Shown here: positions 1 through 23,774 of the stretch, piece after piece
Position numbering within the stretch: position 1 is the first letter of the stretch
Layout: each line of letters begins with the position of its first letter
Source of the DNA: Balanoglossus misakiensis
Taxonomy: Eukaryota > Animalia > Hemichordata
Assembly: GCA_040954595.2 (NCBI GenBank)
Contig: CM082594.2
Location: forward strand, 7,633,573 to 7,697,572
DNA: 64,000 bases
Direction: 5' to 3'
The notes under the pieces: model-generated
Database searches by the model: none
Told to the model about the DNA's origin: nothing
Seen by the model: the letters and a program-made list of their open reading frames with translations, nothing else
Translations under genes and position numbers: made by a program

Positions 1-1440
1 TAAAAATACGACAAAAAAATGTATAATTTGCTGCAAATTTAGCCTCGCAGACGACCAAAGCACCTTTCGTCCACCATAGACCATGTTCTCAGCTCAGCCA
101 ATCATTTGGCTGAACACGTAGTCTTCCATCCAAATATCACGATTTTCTTTGTACCATTGCCAAAAATTAAAACCAAGCATTTGCCTATGTAAGGATTGTA
201 GTTATTTTGACCACACGAATATTCAGGTTAAAACTACAGTCAGAAGGCAACTGTGTTGTACGTTTCATTTTGGCCATGGTACAAGTAGCTACCTATCCCA
301 AAACGACCACGCACTTGGCCAGTACAGTATGTAGTAGTTTTAAAATGCCCATATGCAATATGATAAAATATGAACACAAATTCTATTGCTGTACACAGTC
401 CTGGAAAACAGTGTTGTCATATTTTGAGAATTGGTCTAGAGTTACAAATTCTCAGTTTAAACAAAAATGACATGATCCACCAAAGCATTGTGCTAACACA
501 ATCAGAGTGCAGTGTAATAACCTGTTGACAGTTCTAGCCTACTGACTTTGATAAAACTAATTAGATTGAGATTAACTATTAACGATAGATGTGACACTGA
601 CAGGTACTATCAAATGATGTCTTTTTGGATTTTTGATCTTGAAGTTCAACTTGGTTGAAATATCAATCCAAAAATATCCATGTAGATGTCATTGTAAAAT
701 TCTCAATCGATAGCATTAATTACTTTTACATTGCAAAAGAAACTGTTGACCTTAGGAAATCAAGGGAACTGATTTGGTGTGACCATGCAAATACATCATA
801 AATTAGCTACAGAAACAGTAAGTTGAGGTTATTCTATCATAAAATTGCCAAGTTCTTTTCATTGACTGTCAACCTCTGTCAGGGCCAACAGTGTAATGAA
901 TGTAGACTACATGAAAGAATAATATTTTATTACAAATTGATGTAACCTTGTGAGTTGATGAGGTCAGTACCCCAGTAGTTTGTTTGTTTCACCATCATAT
1001 TTTAGAATATGAACATTCAGCTAAAATGATAATCTCAAGTTATCCATCGAAACTGTATTGTATTTTTCACAACAACCATGATTCTTACTAATTTCAGGAC
1101 ATTCCATTGCACAATTCAGGTTTGCCAAAAATAAAATAAACGCAAGGTGGCAATCTGCTCTGATATCGCACTGCTATTCTCCCCATATTGCACTTAAAAT
1201 TCATCCCAAAGCAAAGCACATCACTGCACTGCCATCTGCACAAATTGTTGTTGTGTGTACATTGTTTCATTAACTATGGATGTCATTGTTTGTTTTTGTT
1301 TTTTTTCTCTCTCTTTTTTCTTCTTCTCATGGATGGTGTTGTGCATCACACATTTGCATTGTCTTTGCATGGCAGCTTGATCCATCTCTCATTGTTGTTC
1401 CACTGTGTTGACTTCTTTAAAGTCCATAAAAAACCCCATC

Positions 1441-1457
1441 ATGAGCCATAAGGGAGA
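1441..1457 (+). CDS. LRRC71: Possible upstream coding mini-exon of LRRC71 (MSHKG), in frame with the exon starting at 2471
   Basis: ATG at 1441 and donor GA|GTGAGT at 1458. Splicing to the acceptor cacag|C at 2471 gives MSHKGDFVKKVK-MGKRMEK with no stop. Confidence 0.4.
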
Positions 1458-2489
1458 GTGAGTACTGCATGTCCATTTTCAGATATCATTTTTAATAATC
1501 ACTCGGTAGATAGCTTGGTAGTATGGTAATAATTAGGCACTGTAAAAGTAAGAAAAAGTATACATATATATAACTATTACATAAAGCCACACAATAGATG
1601 GTGGAGTTGAAAATTGATTCGCTCCAAAGTCTATGGTTTGGCACGTAATCGCTCCATGACTTTCTTTGGGGGGTTTTAATACTGTGGTAATTATTTTTTT
1701 AAATGTTGTAAAAAGTAAAGAAGTGATTAGTGATTAATGAATGGTGGTTGGTAATCAACCTTGGACACACAGAACACCAGTACCCAAATCGTGGATACAG
1801 CAAACCAACTCTAAATCCAGACTCAGACTGATCTGGTCTGATCTAGTCTAATCCAGCATGTATACATACAGTTATAAAACTTGATTATTGTACACAATAA
1901 TAATGTATAGTCAAGTCATGGACATGGAAAGTTGCCTTTCTCTGTCTACGGCAAAACTTCCTAAACTTTGTTCTCAAAGTGGTGAATTAAGGTACAAAGT
2001 GTGTTTCAAAACATGGGTGTTGTTCTTTCATTTCAGTAAATATTAGTAGATAATTCTATGTATTATGCTTTCAAGACTTTGAAGCATATTTGGGATTTCC
2101 GTGTCAGTTTCATGATTGCTGTATATTGATCACTGATGTCTCAATTGGCTTTGTTTGTATTGTCCAGTCCATGGTGTAACTGTTTGCTTCCAGGATCAAG
2201 ATTCATTGTTCAGGACTTGTTTTCAGTATTTAGATTGTCAACCGATTCTCAGACTGCACATTTGTTGCTGTGATGTGCGCAGCAAATAATAAAAGTAAAA
2301 GGAACGTGGACTGGTATAGTTGCATCTTAGTTCAAAGTGTTCAGAACTGAACTTTGCCTCCAAATCTGCACCAGCTGAAAATCACCAGGTTCTAAATTTC
2401 GCCATTGCATCTCTAACAACGTGACGTTATACCATGCTGATACCAGTTTTGCAACTTCCTCCCCCCACAGCTTTGTTAAGAAAGTCAAG

Positions 2490-13201
<10,712 letters not shown>

Positions 13202-13646
13202 TACTGCCCTCAATCACCCTTTCTTGAACACTTTTGTTTTAGTGTAAATTTTGTACATGAATAATGTCCACCCACTAAAGTAAAGTTTGGGTTGCTATCA
13301 CTACCATCAAATAATTGTGTATATATCAATTTTGGAAATTGATTTGTAAATATGTATTTGTTCTGTAATTTTTTTTATCTTTTAAATGCTAAATCTATAT
13401 TCACATGTCACTTATTCTGACAATATTAATAAATATTATGATTTTTTTGTTAAAGTATTGCCAGGTATTCTATTTATTTCATTTTCATACCTCTTGTTTT
13501 GTTTTTTTGTGAGTGTTATTCAATGCATACACATGTACATGATGATTTGGCATACTAGACATTTATGATAGTGCCAATGTTCTGATACATGTGATGAACA
13601 ACCAGCTCACATTTGCATAAACACAGACAAGGTTAGTTTATATTTC

Positions 13647-13652
13647 AATAAA
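13647..13652 (+). terminator. Candidate polyadenylation signal (AATAAA) of LRRC71
   Basis: AATAAA about 450 nt after the stop, at the end of a T-rich 3' UTR-like tract; another AATAAA lies at 13428. Confidence 0.45.
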
Positions 13653-13657
13653 TCATA

Positions 13658-13663
13658 TTTATT
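13658..13663 (-). terminator. Candidate polyadenylation signal (AATAAA on minus strand) of HMG20
   Basis: TTTATT on + where strand composition switches from T-rich to A-rich, about 1.7 kb downstream of the HMG20 stop. Confidence 0.4.
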
Positions 13664-15367
13664 TGTGAATGATAAAATGTCATTCAGGGAAAAAAATATT
13701 TGTATAACTTGACAGAAAGTATACATTGTATTTTAAGTATTTACCGCCTCAAGAAAAGATATTTGGTTGCGTTATCGACAGAAAGCTGGGCTTTGACAAT
13801 TTAACCAGTACAATACAGGTACTGTTTTCCTCACTGACAAGACTACCAAAGCAAATGCACACACACTACTGTACTCAAATACTATACATCAACAAAAATA
13901 TTTCTTTCTAGGATAAAAAATATATTTACACTGAAGTAGGAAAACCACGAAATGTAGACAAGCATGTTATCCGTCAATGATTGGTGAAAATTTGGACTAT
14001 TTATTTCCAAGGACTGGTGAAATCTAGCCCTGGATATGAAACTCCAGGATACCCCTGGATTGATGGTTTTGGACCAACATGTATTGCTGAGCGAATGATA
14101 TCACTGGTAAGACAATAACCCTTGGAAATATAACCAGATGACAAAGAACTTGGAATCGTGTAACAGTTACAAAATTTCTCAAAAAGCTCAGGTATATTAT
14201 GCTATAAAATATATCCTTCCTGGAAACATAAATAAACGTACTCCAGAACAATCTCATGAATGAAACAGGTACGTTCAATGGAAATGACTGAACATTTTTC
14301 ATTTCTATTATAATAATAGTGTGAAATTTCAACAAGGACAAGTTTATTTGGACAGCAACCCTGAAAACACCTAACCCTACTCGGCTTATATCTCTCTGTG
14401 CAGTAAAATTTAACTTGAGATAAAATAGCCTCTTCCTATTAAGTTGATATGGAGGCATCTCCCTTGATCATGTCCCCCCCCCCAAAAAAAAAAGAGAAAA
14501 ACCTAAGTTCTCACTGAATTACACATATTTTATCAGATTCTAAATTGAGCCGTTTTAAATGGCTTTGTAATGTATAAAACAGGACTGATCTAGTTCATGT
14601 TAAAGCATACCACAATTTGGGCATGTATTACTCTGATTCATATAAATACTTCAATTACAATTCAAGGTACATTGTCGGGAAAAATTCTGAGCTTGTGTCG
14701 AGTAGATATATGCTACTTCAGTCAGACCCAGTGTAGAAGTTCCTTTGGGCAAAGCACAGTGATTGCTGTGGTGGTTCAGCAATATATACAGCAGGTGTGA
14801 ACCAACATGAAAAATATTTCTGTGTTTTTTTTACGAGAAGTATTGAAACCACAAAACTGCTGGAACTGAAACTCTACTGATACAACACAAGAAAGGCACA
14901 GTATCCCAGTTATTACACAATTTATAAATTACCCCCAAATTCATCCCTATTATTTGAAAATGGAAGAGCCCACCCACTGTATATTCAATAGGACAATCCA
15001 ATTAGCCAGTGAACATGGGTGGGTAGAAACTGAAGTACTCAATTATTTATAGAGGCAAAAACTTTCTGTTATTATAACACAACAAAATATCTTTGGTTTT
15101 TTGTTTCTGTACAGTTTTTATTTCCTCAAAAAAATATCCAGAAAAACAGACTGGTCAGCACTTGGTGCTTAAAACATCTGGTCAACTTCTTGAAGTATAT
15201 AACACCTACTGTCTTCCAGATCTGACTTAAGAAACTACTGTACCGTACAAAATAAGGTGACTGTTGGCTTTATAGCTTTAGAGCTCCTGTAGGCAGTTAA
15301 TTCAGTGTGCTTGCATAGCTATGGCGGAGAAGTAATAATAATAGTCCAGTGGTTGGAGAAGACACTA

Positions 15368-17641
15368 TCATAGCTTTGGATCACTGCAAAGAAACAAAGA
15401 CATGAAATTACTTGGGGTTTTGGTGGACTGCTTCTTATTAACAGAACACCTCTACCTTACTACTGATACTGTTTTGGTTCTGTTGTGTAATGGCAAGGTG
15501 TCTGCAGGTGAATGTGTGTGTGTCTTTACAGAACAGATGACTTGATACTTACCTTTCATACCTTTGATAGTCTAATCTACCGATTATTTCTCGAACTGTT
15601 GATATGAGCGATTCATTTTCTTGTGGTGAATCTAGTATGACCTGGTGAAGTTTTGTCATGTAGTTGTCTATGGTATTCATGGATGGCAGTTCATCAGTAC
15701 CTGCATGGAATTCAAAAACATTAGAATAGTGTACTATGGTTACAGAATGTTTTCTACAAAATATTGCAAAATATTCTGCCCAAGTCGTGAGTGGTGGCAC
15801 TTGAAAATGAACACAACATAAGACAGAGAAAGATTGTCTGGGAAAGGATATCTTCTTACCAGGCAATGGTACATGTGAAAAGTTTGTTGTTAGCGATCCC
15901 CGCAACGCTTCTAAATGGTGCTGTAAAGCCATGTTGTGATTCCTCTGTTGGACAGCTTCTACTTCCAGTTTATCTACCGCTGATTTCATGTTTTCGATGT
16001 GTTTTGTCAGAATGGCATTCTGTTCTTCGTACTCTGTGTTGGCTTTTCGGAGCTGCCGCAACTCTTGTTCTCGTCCTGTTGCACAACACAACAAATACAC
16101 AGTAATATCATCATCATCATCATCACCACCATCATCATCATCCAGAGATCTATTATCACATCTTGACAGTTCTATTTCTCAAGTCCCAGTAAATCAGAAG
16201 GATAGATATCACTGAAGTATTTCCTACCTTTGTTGTGATCTAAGAATTCTTCTGTAAAAATTGGTATATCATAGCCTGGAAGATCTTCTTCAGCATCATC
16301 AAACTGGAGCAAAAGGAGATTGAGTTAATTCTTGAAATGAATATTACAGTAACTCAAGTAGATTTTCAGGCACGTTTATCTGATATCTAGTGGACTGATG
16401 TCAACAATTTTGAATTTTGATCAATGAAATTACAAACTCACTTCTGCTGATGCACCATTCACACCTCGATTCTCAGCATCTTCAATCATCTCTGCTTTTC
16501 TCTTCTTTTCTTGCAACTTTTTAGCAAATAACCTGTATGAATCTGTTTGCTGATATTGTTCTAATTCCTTCATGTATCTCTCCTTGTCTTTCTCTGCTTC
16601 ATCTAAGTACCTCTGTTCAACAAAGAAGAGACAGATCAACTGAGTTATAGACTTGATCAACATCCTTCTTTCACTAGATGTGTTAGACAAATGAAAACAA
16701 TCAGAAGATACCCAGGTAACTGATCTTACCTGTTTTTCTGCTTGAGATAATTTACTCCACTCATTCCCTAACATCTTTGTAATCTCCGGGAAAGACAATG
16801 TAGGATGCTCGCTCCTCACTTTTTCTCTTCGGTCATTGAGGAATCGGATATACCCAGTGAGGGGAGCCCTCGGCGCATTGATGTCTTTGATGTGTTTTCT
16901 TCTTTTCTTGCCTTTCGGCCAGCCACCTTTGCCTTTTGTCCTCTATGTTTAAAAGAGACAATGGTATTGTAGTTCACAGAAAATCTTAAATAGTTGCATG
17001 AAGCCATGGTTTTTATCTGTAAGCACCTACAGAAGTGTCAACACCAAGAACCAATGCATATATCATTTATATCACATATTATAAACTTGTACCTCTTCTT
17101 TATGTGTTTCCTGGATATCTTGTGATGAAGTGTCCTGTTGTAATAGTTCAACTGTGAAGATACAATTTTAAAGAAAGGTTCTGAGAAATTGCACTGGGCA
17201 CACCACAAAGCACATATAAATCAGGGTACATCATGTATCCTCATTCATTCATTCATTCATTTACTCCTTCGTTCACTCATACAACTCTAAACTACTAGTA
17301 CTTTCTCATGCCAATAATAGAATCTTACCTTGTGAAATATCTGTGATAAGTTCAGGGTTATTTAAAGATTGGCTTGTCGTTGTTGTAAAGTTAGGACCAT
17401 CTGCACCGGTAAAGCTATCAACATATAAAAAAAATTGATCAGAAAAGGTTAGAAATTTGCCCAATCAACTCTTTCCATGTTTGTTCAAACTTATATCTGT
17501 GCATACTTACCTAGCATCAACTGTCAAATCATTGCTTTCTTTAGAAACATCATCATCGAAGCTTTCGTAATTGAATAGTGAACTTGATGCACCAGGATTG
17601 GACATGAGCCCTTGGTTGGAGTTACTGTCTCCTAGATCCAT
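15368..17641 (-). CDS. HMG20A: HMG box-containing protein 20A/20B (iBRAF/BRAF35) orthologue, about 368-371 aa
   Basis: Minus-strand exons 17641-17511, 17414-17329, 17151-17093, 16942-16730, 16612-16442, 16303-16228, 16075-15860, 15700-15562 (or 15553), 15383-15368, phase-consistent. Diagnostic segments: [14 protein letters not shown] box [82 protein letters not shown], coiled coil [22 protein letters not shown], and VPLPGTDELP. Probably co-orthologous to vertebrate HMG20A and HMG20B. Confidence 0.93.
16108..16141 (+). repeat. (TCA)n trinucleotide microsatellite in an HMG20 intron
   Basis: tcatcatcatcatcatcaccaccatcatcatca. Confidence 0.85.
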
Positions 17642-18236
17642 TCTGAACCTTCAAGAAACAATTATTTACTGTGAATATATCTGATGCTAGCTTATTTCTT
17701 GATACTTTGTGTTTGTGTTGTTCATTTCTCTATTACCACATCCACAGAGATGTCAACACAGACTTCAAATTGTAATGTCTGAGAAGTGTGGCACTTGTAG
17801 AACACAAAAGTTAATTGTGCAATTGCAGTAACTTTCCAACAAAAATAATGAAAATGTCACTTGCAATCCAATACATATACATTAAAGAAACGAACATGAC
17901 ACTATACGTCTATAGTAATAATAATAAAACATCCTGATCAGATTTCCAGTGATAATGCACAAATATACATGACTTGCATGCACTGATACACACGTCTCTA
18001 AGGAGGCTAGAAAAACTGGATCGAGTTAGAATATGTACCCAGAATGTATCAAATACGTGCAACTTGTTTGCTTGTTACTTATCCGATCAGAAAGTCACTG
18101 TTGTTGAAGTCGCTTGTCGCAGCTGCGCTTACCAACTTGAAGGAAGTGCATGACCCTGACCGTTTCACATGACATTTGGGTCAACGTGTACTAATAAAAA
18201 AGTAATTCGGGGTAGTATTCATCAAACAAGACATAC

Positions 18237-19090
18237 CTGGCGAGTATTTTCAGTACAAAATTCAAAAACTGTGCAAAGACTATTTTTTCTCAACTTCTGA
18301 TAAAAAAATAGTTTTTATTTTCATCTCTCGTCGATTCAAAACAGCGAAATATTACTATTGTTTGGGTGAGTAGCGCGGTAATAATTATTCAAAATGGCGA
18401 CTCCCTTGATCTGTGCTTGGTGCAGTCGCGATGAAGATCGCTCCGTTTATTTTTCACTTGTTAAGCTTTCCTTTACAGTTATTAGCAGAGAAGTGACTGA
18501 CGTATTGTTTTAAAGATTAAACTATGCCAGTTTTGGCAAAATACTTGCAAAATATGTGCACTTTTGTGGTTATGTTCAAGATATCCCATAATAGTTCATC
18601 GGACGTCTATTTTGTATGCAAATAAGCAAAACAGAAATGGGACAGTGGTCGCCGGGTCGTAGGTTGAAAATCATTTCCGCTTTTCGTGACGTGTAGATTG
18701 TTCATGTTGCGACGCTTCACAACAAAGAGTGTTTTGGTTGTTTAGTTCCTACGTCGATCGTGTCCCATAAGCAAATTATTGCCGGAACGGTAAGTTGATT
18801 TTTCTTTCGTTAAATTCAGTAAAACTGTCACAAGTCGCTTGTCGTGATTGTCTGGTGATGAGTCGCGTACGTCAATTGGCGCGCAGATTGTCAATCGAAC
18901 CTCCGATTTCTTGTCCTCAGTTTACTTTCAGGGATTGCAAATGGTCCTTGGAAACGCTGTGGCAACAGCCGCGGTGTGACATCATAAATGTTATTAAAAT
19001 AGAAGGTGTGAAACGGGCGATAAGTGAAAGTTGTTTTCCTTAGCGCCATATCACAATAGAAACAATTGTCGCGACGTCACGTGAACTGAA
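18237..19090. promoter_or_regulatory. CpG-rich bidirectional promoter region between HMG20 (-) and the PEAK pseudokinase (+)
   Basis: Abrupt CpG enrichment. Minus-strand donor CCAG|GTATGT at 18237/18236 and plus-strand donor CG|GTAAGT at 18790 face away from each other. YY1-like AAAATGGCG at 18391, TCGCGA cores, and overlapping CRE/E-box GACGTCACGTGA near 19073. Confidence 0.65.
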
Positions 19091-19271
19091 GGTGTCAACG
19101 ACAAACGCGTGCCTGCAGCTGTCTCAAAGATGCTTCTATTGTGTTCATCTTGGGTGATATCTCCAGGCATACGTCTTGTCTTTCTTCAGGCACATTCTGC
19201 ATATAGAGTGCGCTAGGCGCCCTTTCGTAACGTGGCCTCGCGTCCGGGATGCACTCAACTCCACGTCCATT

Positions 19272-19292
19272 GGGGGGGGGGGGGGGGGGGGG
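19272..19292 (+). repeat. G21 homopolymer (G-quadruplex-capable)
   Basis: Run of 21 G just downstream of the bidirectional promoter. Confidence 0.9.
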
Positions 19293-22200
19293 TGGCTACA
19301 TTTATTAAAAAACGACATCTGAATATACAGGTGTTTGTTTGGGTTCATATCAACTTCCTCTGTCATTTCGTGTGATATGGTTTCAATACATGTACACAGT
19401 TGGTCTCATTTCCTCTTATTTAGGAATGTTGTGCATTAAAAGCAATTACAGGTATGTACCTATTAATCCTTGTCATAAGGTTCGGCAAAGTTCATTAACT
19501 CATTAAAATATTAATAAACTATAAATCTACCATGGACTTTGAATGCTTGAGTGTCTTTGACCAAAGTTCAAATCTATTTGGGTCAGAGTAATTTCACAGA
19601 ATCCATATGATGTAACTCATGCAGGGAATTGGGCATGTGTGTGCTTTTCCAGTGGCATGGTCTGGTTAGATGTTGTAACTTGTATCAAAGTCCGATACTT
19701 GTAGATAAAGCACATTGGTACATACACTGACAGGCACAAGCAAATAATGAACCCGGAAGCAGACCTTGAAATATTTCACTTCTGTTCCTGTTGGCAATGT
19801 TACAGATAGTGCTTTGTTTGTTTGCTCTTTTTATGGCAGCTTTTGTGTATCAAGGGAAAAATCCAAGGCGGCAAAATTTACCGTGGCATATGTGTATGTA
19901 TCACCTTGTGACAGTGTACATATCCTCAATTTGTCTAAGTGTGAGATTTTCTAAACTTTTTAAGTTTCTAAGACTACGAACCAGTGAAAACATTGTGTAC
20001 AGCAATCTGGTCGTTTTGTCTGATCTGTAACCAGTAACAATAATGAATTGAAAAACGGCACCTATTGTGTACATGTTACACTCTCGGCCTACGTCAAACC
20101 ACCATTCTTCGCGACATAATTGCCCTCTGAAGCAGAAATAGGTTTTTGTAGCTGTTTCTTTGAATGGGTTGGTGACTGTGAGAGAGAAAAACATCTTTGA
20201 ATAAAGTTTCCTCATGTTAGAATGTTGAAGCAGTCTTGCTTCAGTGTAAAAATATTTTCTCAAAAAGCATTCCTTAATAGAACTGTAAGATGGCTCATCC
20301 TTAACCCTAGGCTATTCCAAACAAGTATTTCTTGCGTGTGGTAAACGGGTATTATGGACTCACTGTCCAGTGGTCAAAATTATGCACAGGTATCAAAAGA
20401 CACTCTAAAAGAGCAGAACTCAAATGAGCAGGTGTTCCAGACCCCCAAGGTCAGACAGATGCAGTGTTATTATGCTGTCCAGCCACCGGCCATTGTGTGT
20501 TATGTATTCATTAAGATGGGACAAAGCTTGATAGCATACCTGTGCCTCCTTAAGATAGTGCAGGGAACTAATAAGACATTGTTCACTGCAGAGATGCTGT
20601 TCAGTGTTGTTTTCCTATTTGCCGACACTGGGCTAGCAATGGGTTGGCCCAGTGATAGCTAATTGCCATAGCTTGTTGTGCCGTTGTTTATGAAGAGATT
20701 TGTAATAGGGCTATGGTAGTATTTGTTTGTCTGCATCCAGTATGAACGCTTTCTATAATTTGCCCCAGGGACATTCCCTTTTTTGCATCCAACATGTTTA
20801 CTGCAGATTGCATTGAGTAAAAGTGAAGTTTTGTTTACTGAGGCCTACAGGCATGGCTTTGTCAGTCGAATTATTTACCTTTCGTTTCGTAGTACTGGAT
20901 TGATCTGTTGTCTTGAACTTCCTGTTTATGGCTTGAGTGCTGTCACATGTCCACGGTCATTACACTTACACATTTTGTAGTGGTCAGTTGTCAGATAGTG
21001 TTTTTGCCACATTAGGACTGTTTTAACACAGATGACTACAAATCTGTGTATCTAAACACCACATCACTGACATCAACGATTTGCACATGCACATATACCA
21101 CCAGGTATGTTTTACTTTGCTGTGGTCAGAACAATGACCCATGCTAAGTTCCGTCAGTTTATTGTCCTTTTTGGTCGGCGTATATCTGTTGTTGGCCACG
21201 ATGGTCTTTTTTGAACTCATAAACCAGGATAACAAATTGGCAGGCAACGTAGCCTACGGTCACTGCACCTAAAGGATGCCAAAGGGGCTATCTTAATAGC
21301 TATAAAGTGTACGTCAGGACTACTACTGGGAAAGAGGTGTTGACGCAAGTAACCCGGAACACTGCGCTTGAGTGGGCTCTCCACTCTACCAAAGTGCCCA
21401 CATTATAACGAGCAGCCTTTGCTTACTCAGAAAAGTTTATGAAGTTGTTTGTAGGACATACCGGCATGCAAAATTCCAGCCATTTAATGAACCAAACAAG
21501 CTAATTTGTCGCTGTAAACTGTTTGGTTGACAAGGCTCTGATGCGTAATAGTCATTTTATTTGGTGATTTCCGATCACATTATGGAAGTAGTAGAGGGTG
21601 TTGCTTTAATAAAACGGGTGACCCAGTCATTGACCTTCAGTGGTTTTCCTCCTTGTGAATCGAGATTAGTGTTTAAACAGGATGGCCACAAAATTATTTA
21701 TCACCTGAGAATGGCGGTGATTTGGCCGACCAAGTAGGCCGACTTGGACCATCACAGGACCAGGTCAACACCCTGTCCATTTACACTGAACAGGGCCTTT
21801 ACCTGTTATCATGTGAATCGAGATTGGTACATTGGCAGGAAATCCCCTTGAACAGACCACTGTTATTACCTGTACTGTTGATGTCACAAAAGAACAAATA
21901 ATACATCCAGAAATGAGTGTATCAGAGAATTACATTCGGCAAATGCTGTCAGTCAAGGAGAAATCACAGTGCCCATGTGAGTGATTCCAATTGCTCGTGT
22001 TTAGTGTATCTGTATCTAATTGCAATCAGATAGAGGATTAACCTAAAAATCTATTCTATTCTAAAAGACAATGCTAATCATTGTGGCAGATTGCTATATT
22101 GGTTCTCACGATTAATCATGACCCAGAAAAACATGACACAAGAACACTAGACTTGTTTTTCAAACACATCCTTGTTCAATGGCCATATATTCAAGCCTAT

Positions 22201-23615
22201 AAATAATATACAGTTTCTTTTAGACAAATGACCTTTATAACTCATATGAAAAGAATAAAGCACAATGATTAATCTGGCTGTTACTAGAAAATAAAACAAG
22301 ATCGTACATGTGTATCTTGCAAGGCTGAAATTAATTATGGTGAAACGTGACCACTTCCATGTACAGATACTGCCATTCCCATAACACAATCACAGACTAA
22401 GACTTGTACAATAATTCACAAATAACTTGTAGATCTGTTAAATTCCTCATCAGCAAGCTAATTGCCAAAAAAGGTCTAAAATTCACATCACATGACTCTG
22501 CATTGAAGTCTGAAGAACCTTGAACTAAACGTTCCCACCCAGTTTATCTTTCAGTTCAAGTTTGCACGTGGTTAGTATTTAGAGACTGAATCAATGCCCG
22601 TTGGTGACTGGGGTTGTGTTTATGCTGTTGTTAGTCCACCACACCTATTGACCCACAAACAGCGTCAGCGGTCATTGTCTGGCCACGAAGCGGTCATGAT
22701 TGCGACACAATTGTGTACACCGGTATCTGCTATGACGTAGTACATATCACCGTGAGAACATGCAAGTTTTACGATCCGGCCGAACAAGAAAGTTTGTTTG
22801 TGAAGTTCTTCCATCACCAGCGAAATATCAATATAGTTGGCTGTAAACATGTGCACACCTGAACAACAAGCAAATAAACACTCAAAGTACTAGTCTCATG
22901 TTTCTGCTTTGTGTTGACACTCTCATTGGTGAACTTTTGTGTTTACTATTCAGTTGTCTCCAAATCATGATATCAGTACATGTATCATCTATTCTTTTGC
23001 ACAAGTTTAGATCTTTTACTGGGTGCTGTACTTCCACTTTTTAACTTAAGGGGCAAAAACTTTAATAATACACTATCACAACTATGTTATGGTCAGTTTT
23101 GATTGGAATCATAATAGTCATCTAAGTGTTCCTATGTGTATGTAATTTGTTATCAAGTGGGTGTGCCAGGACAAATGTATATGTGTGTCAATATCTGAAA
23201 GCTTATCCTGTGACAGCTGGTGACGTCACTGCCCTGCTTTAGATGTCCAGTCACAGCAGGATCGTGACTTAGAACCACAGGCACTAGACCGCTTTTCCAA
23301 GACAGTGTCATGACCCATAACCTTACAGTTGAGTGACCATACTAAGTTATTTTTACCCAAGCAGGAAGTGATGATTGGTGAGAAAACATGAACTTTTCAT
23401 GTACTGCAGTAATTACCTGTACATGATGTAATCAACCAGACATCAGTGCATTATCTCTGCTGTTTGTACAAGAGAGCCTACAATGTACATTTCTACATAA
23501 CTGTGACAGTCTATTCTAAGAATGGACACAAGCCCTTGAATGATTCAGACAACCCACATTCTCTGACTCATTGTATCCTTAAAAGTGACCCTAGTTACTG
23601 TTTTGTTATTTTCAG

Positions 23616-23774
23616 ATTCTCCGGTGTCATGTGTATGTTGTATCTCCAGTGATGTTTAAGTTATACAGCAAGCATTTATAGGATACAGGATTTTGAATCA
23701 TTACTGAAGACTGAAACCTGAATAGCTACGTGTAGTTCTCTCTCAGTCGATTACACCATGTGTTGATCTTGAAG
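23616..23774 (+). other. Candidate non-coding 5' UTR exon of the PEAK pseudokinase gene
   Basis: ttttcag acceptor and GAAG|GTAAGA donor between the promoter and the first coding exon; only short ORFs. A second candidate is 19424-19451 (tttag|...CAG|GTATGT). Confidence 0.4.

Noticed and set aside
14024-14458. 144-aa minus-strand ORF
   Set aside because: Lies in the AT-rich HMG20 3' UTR with random-looking composition.
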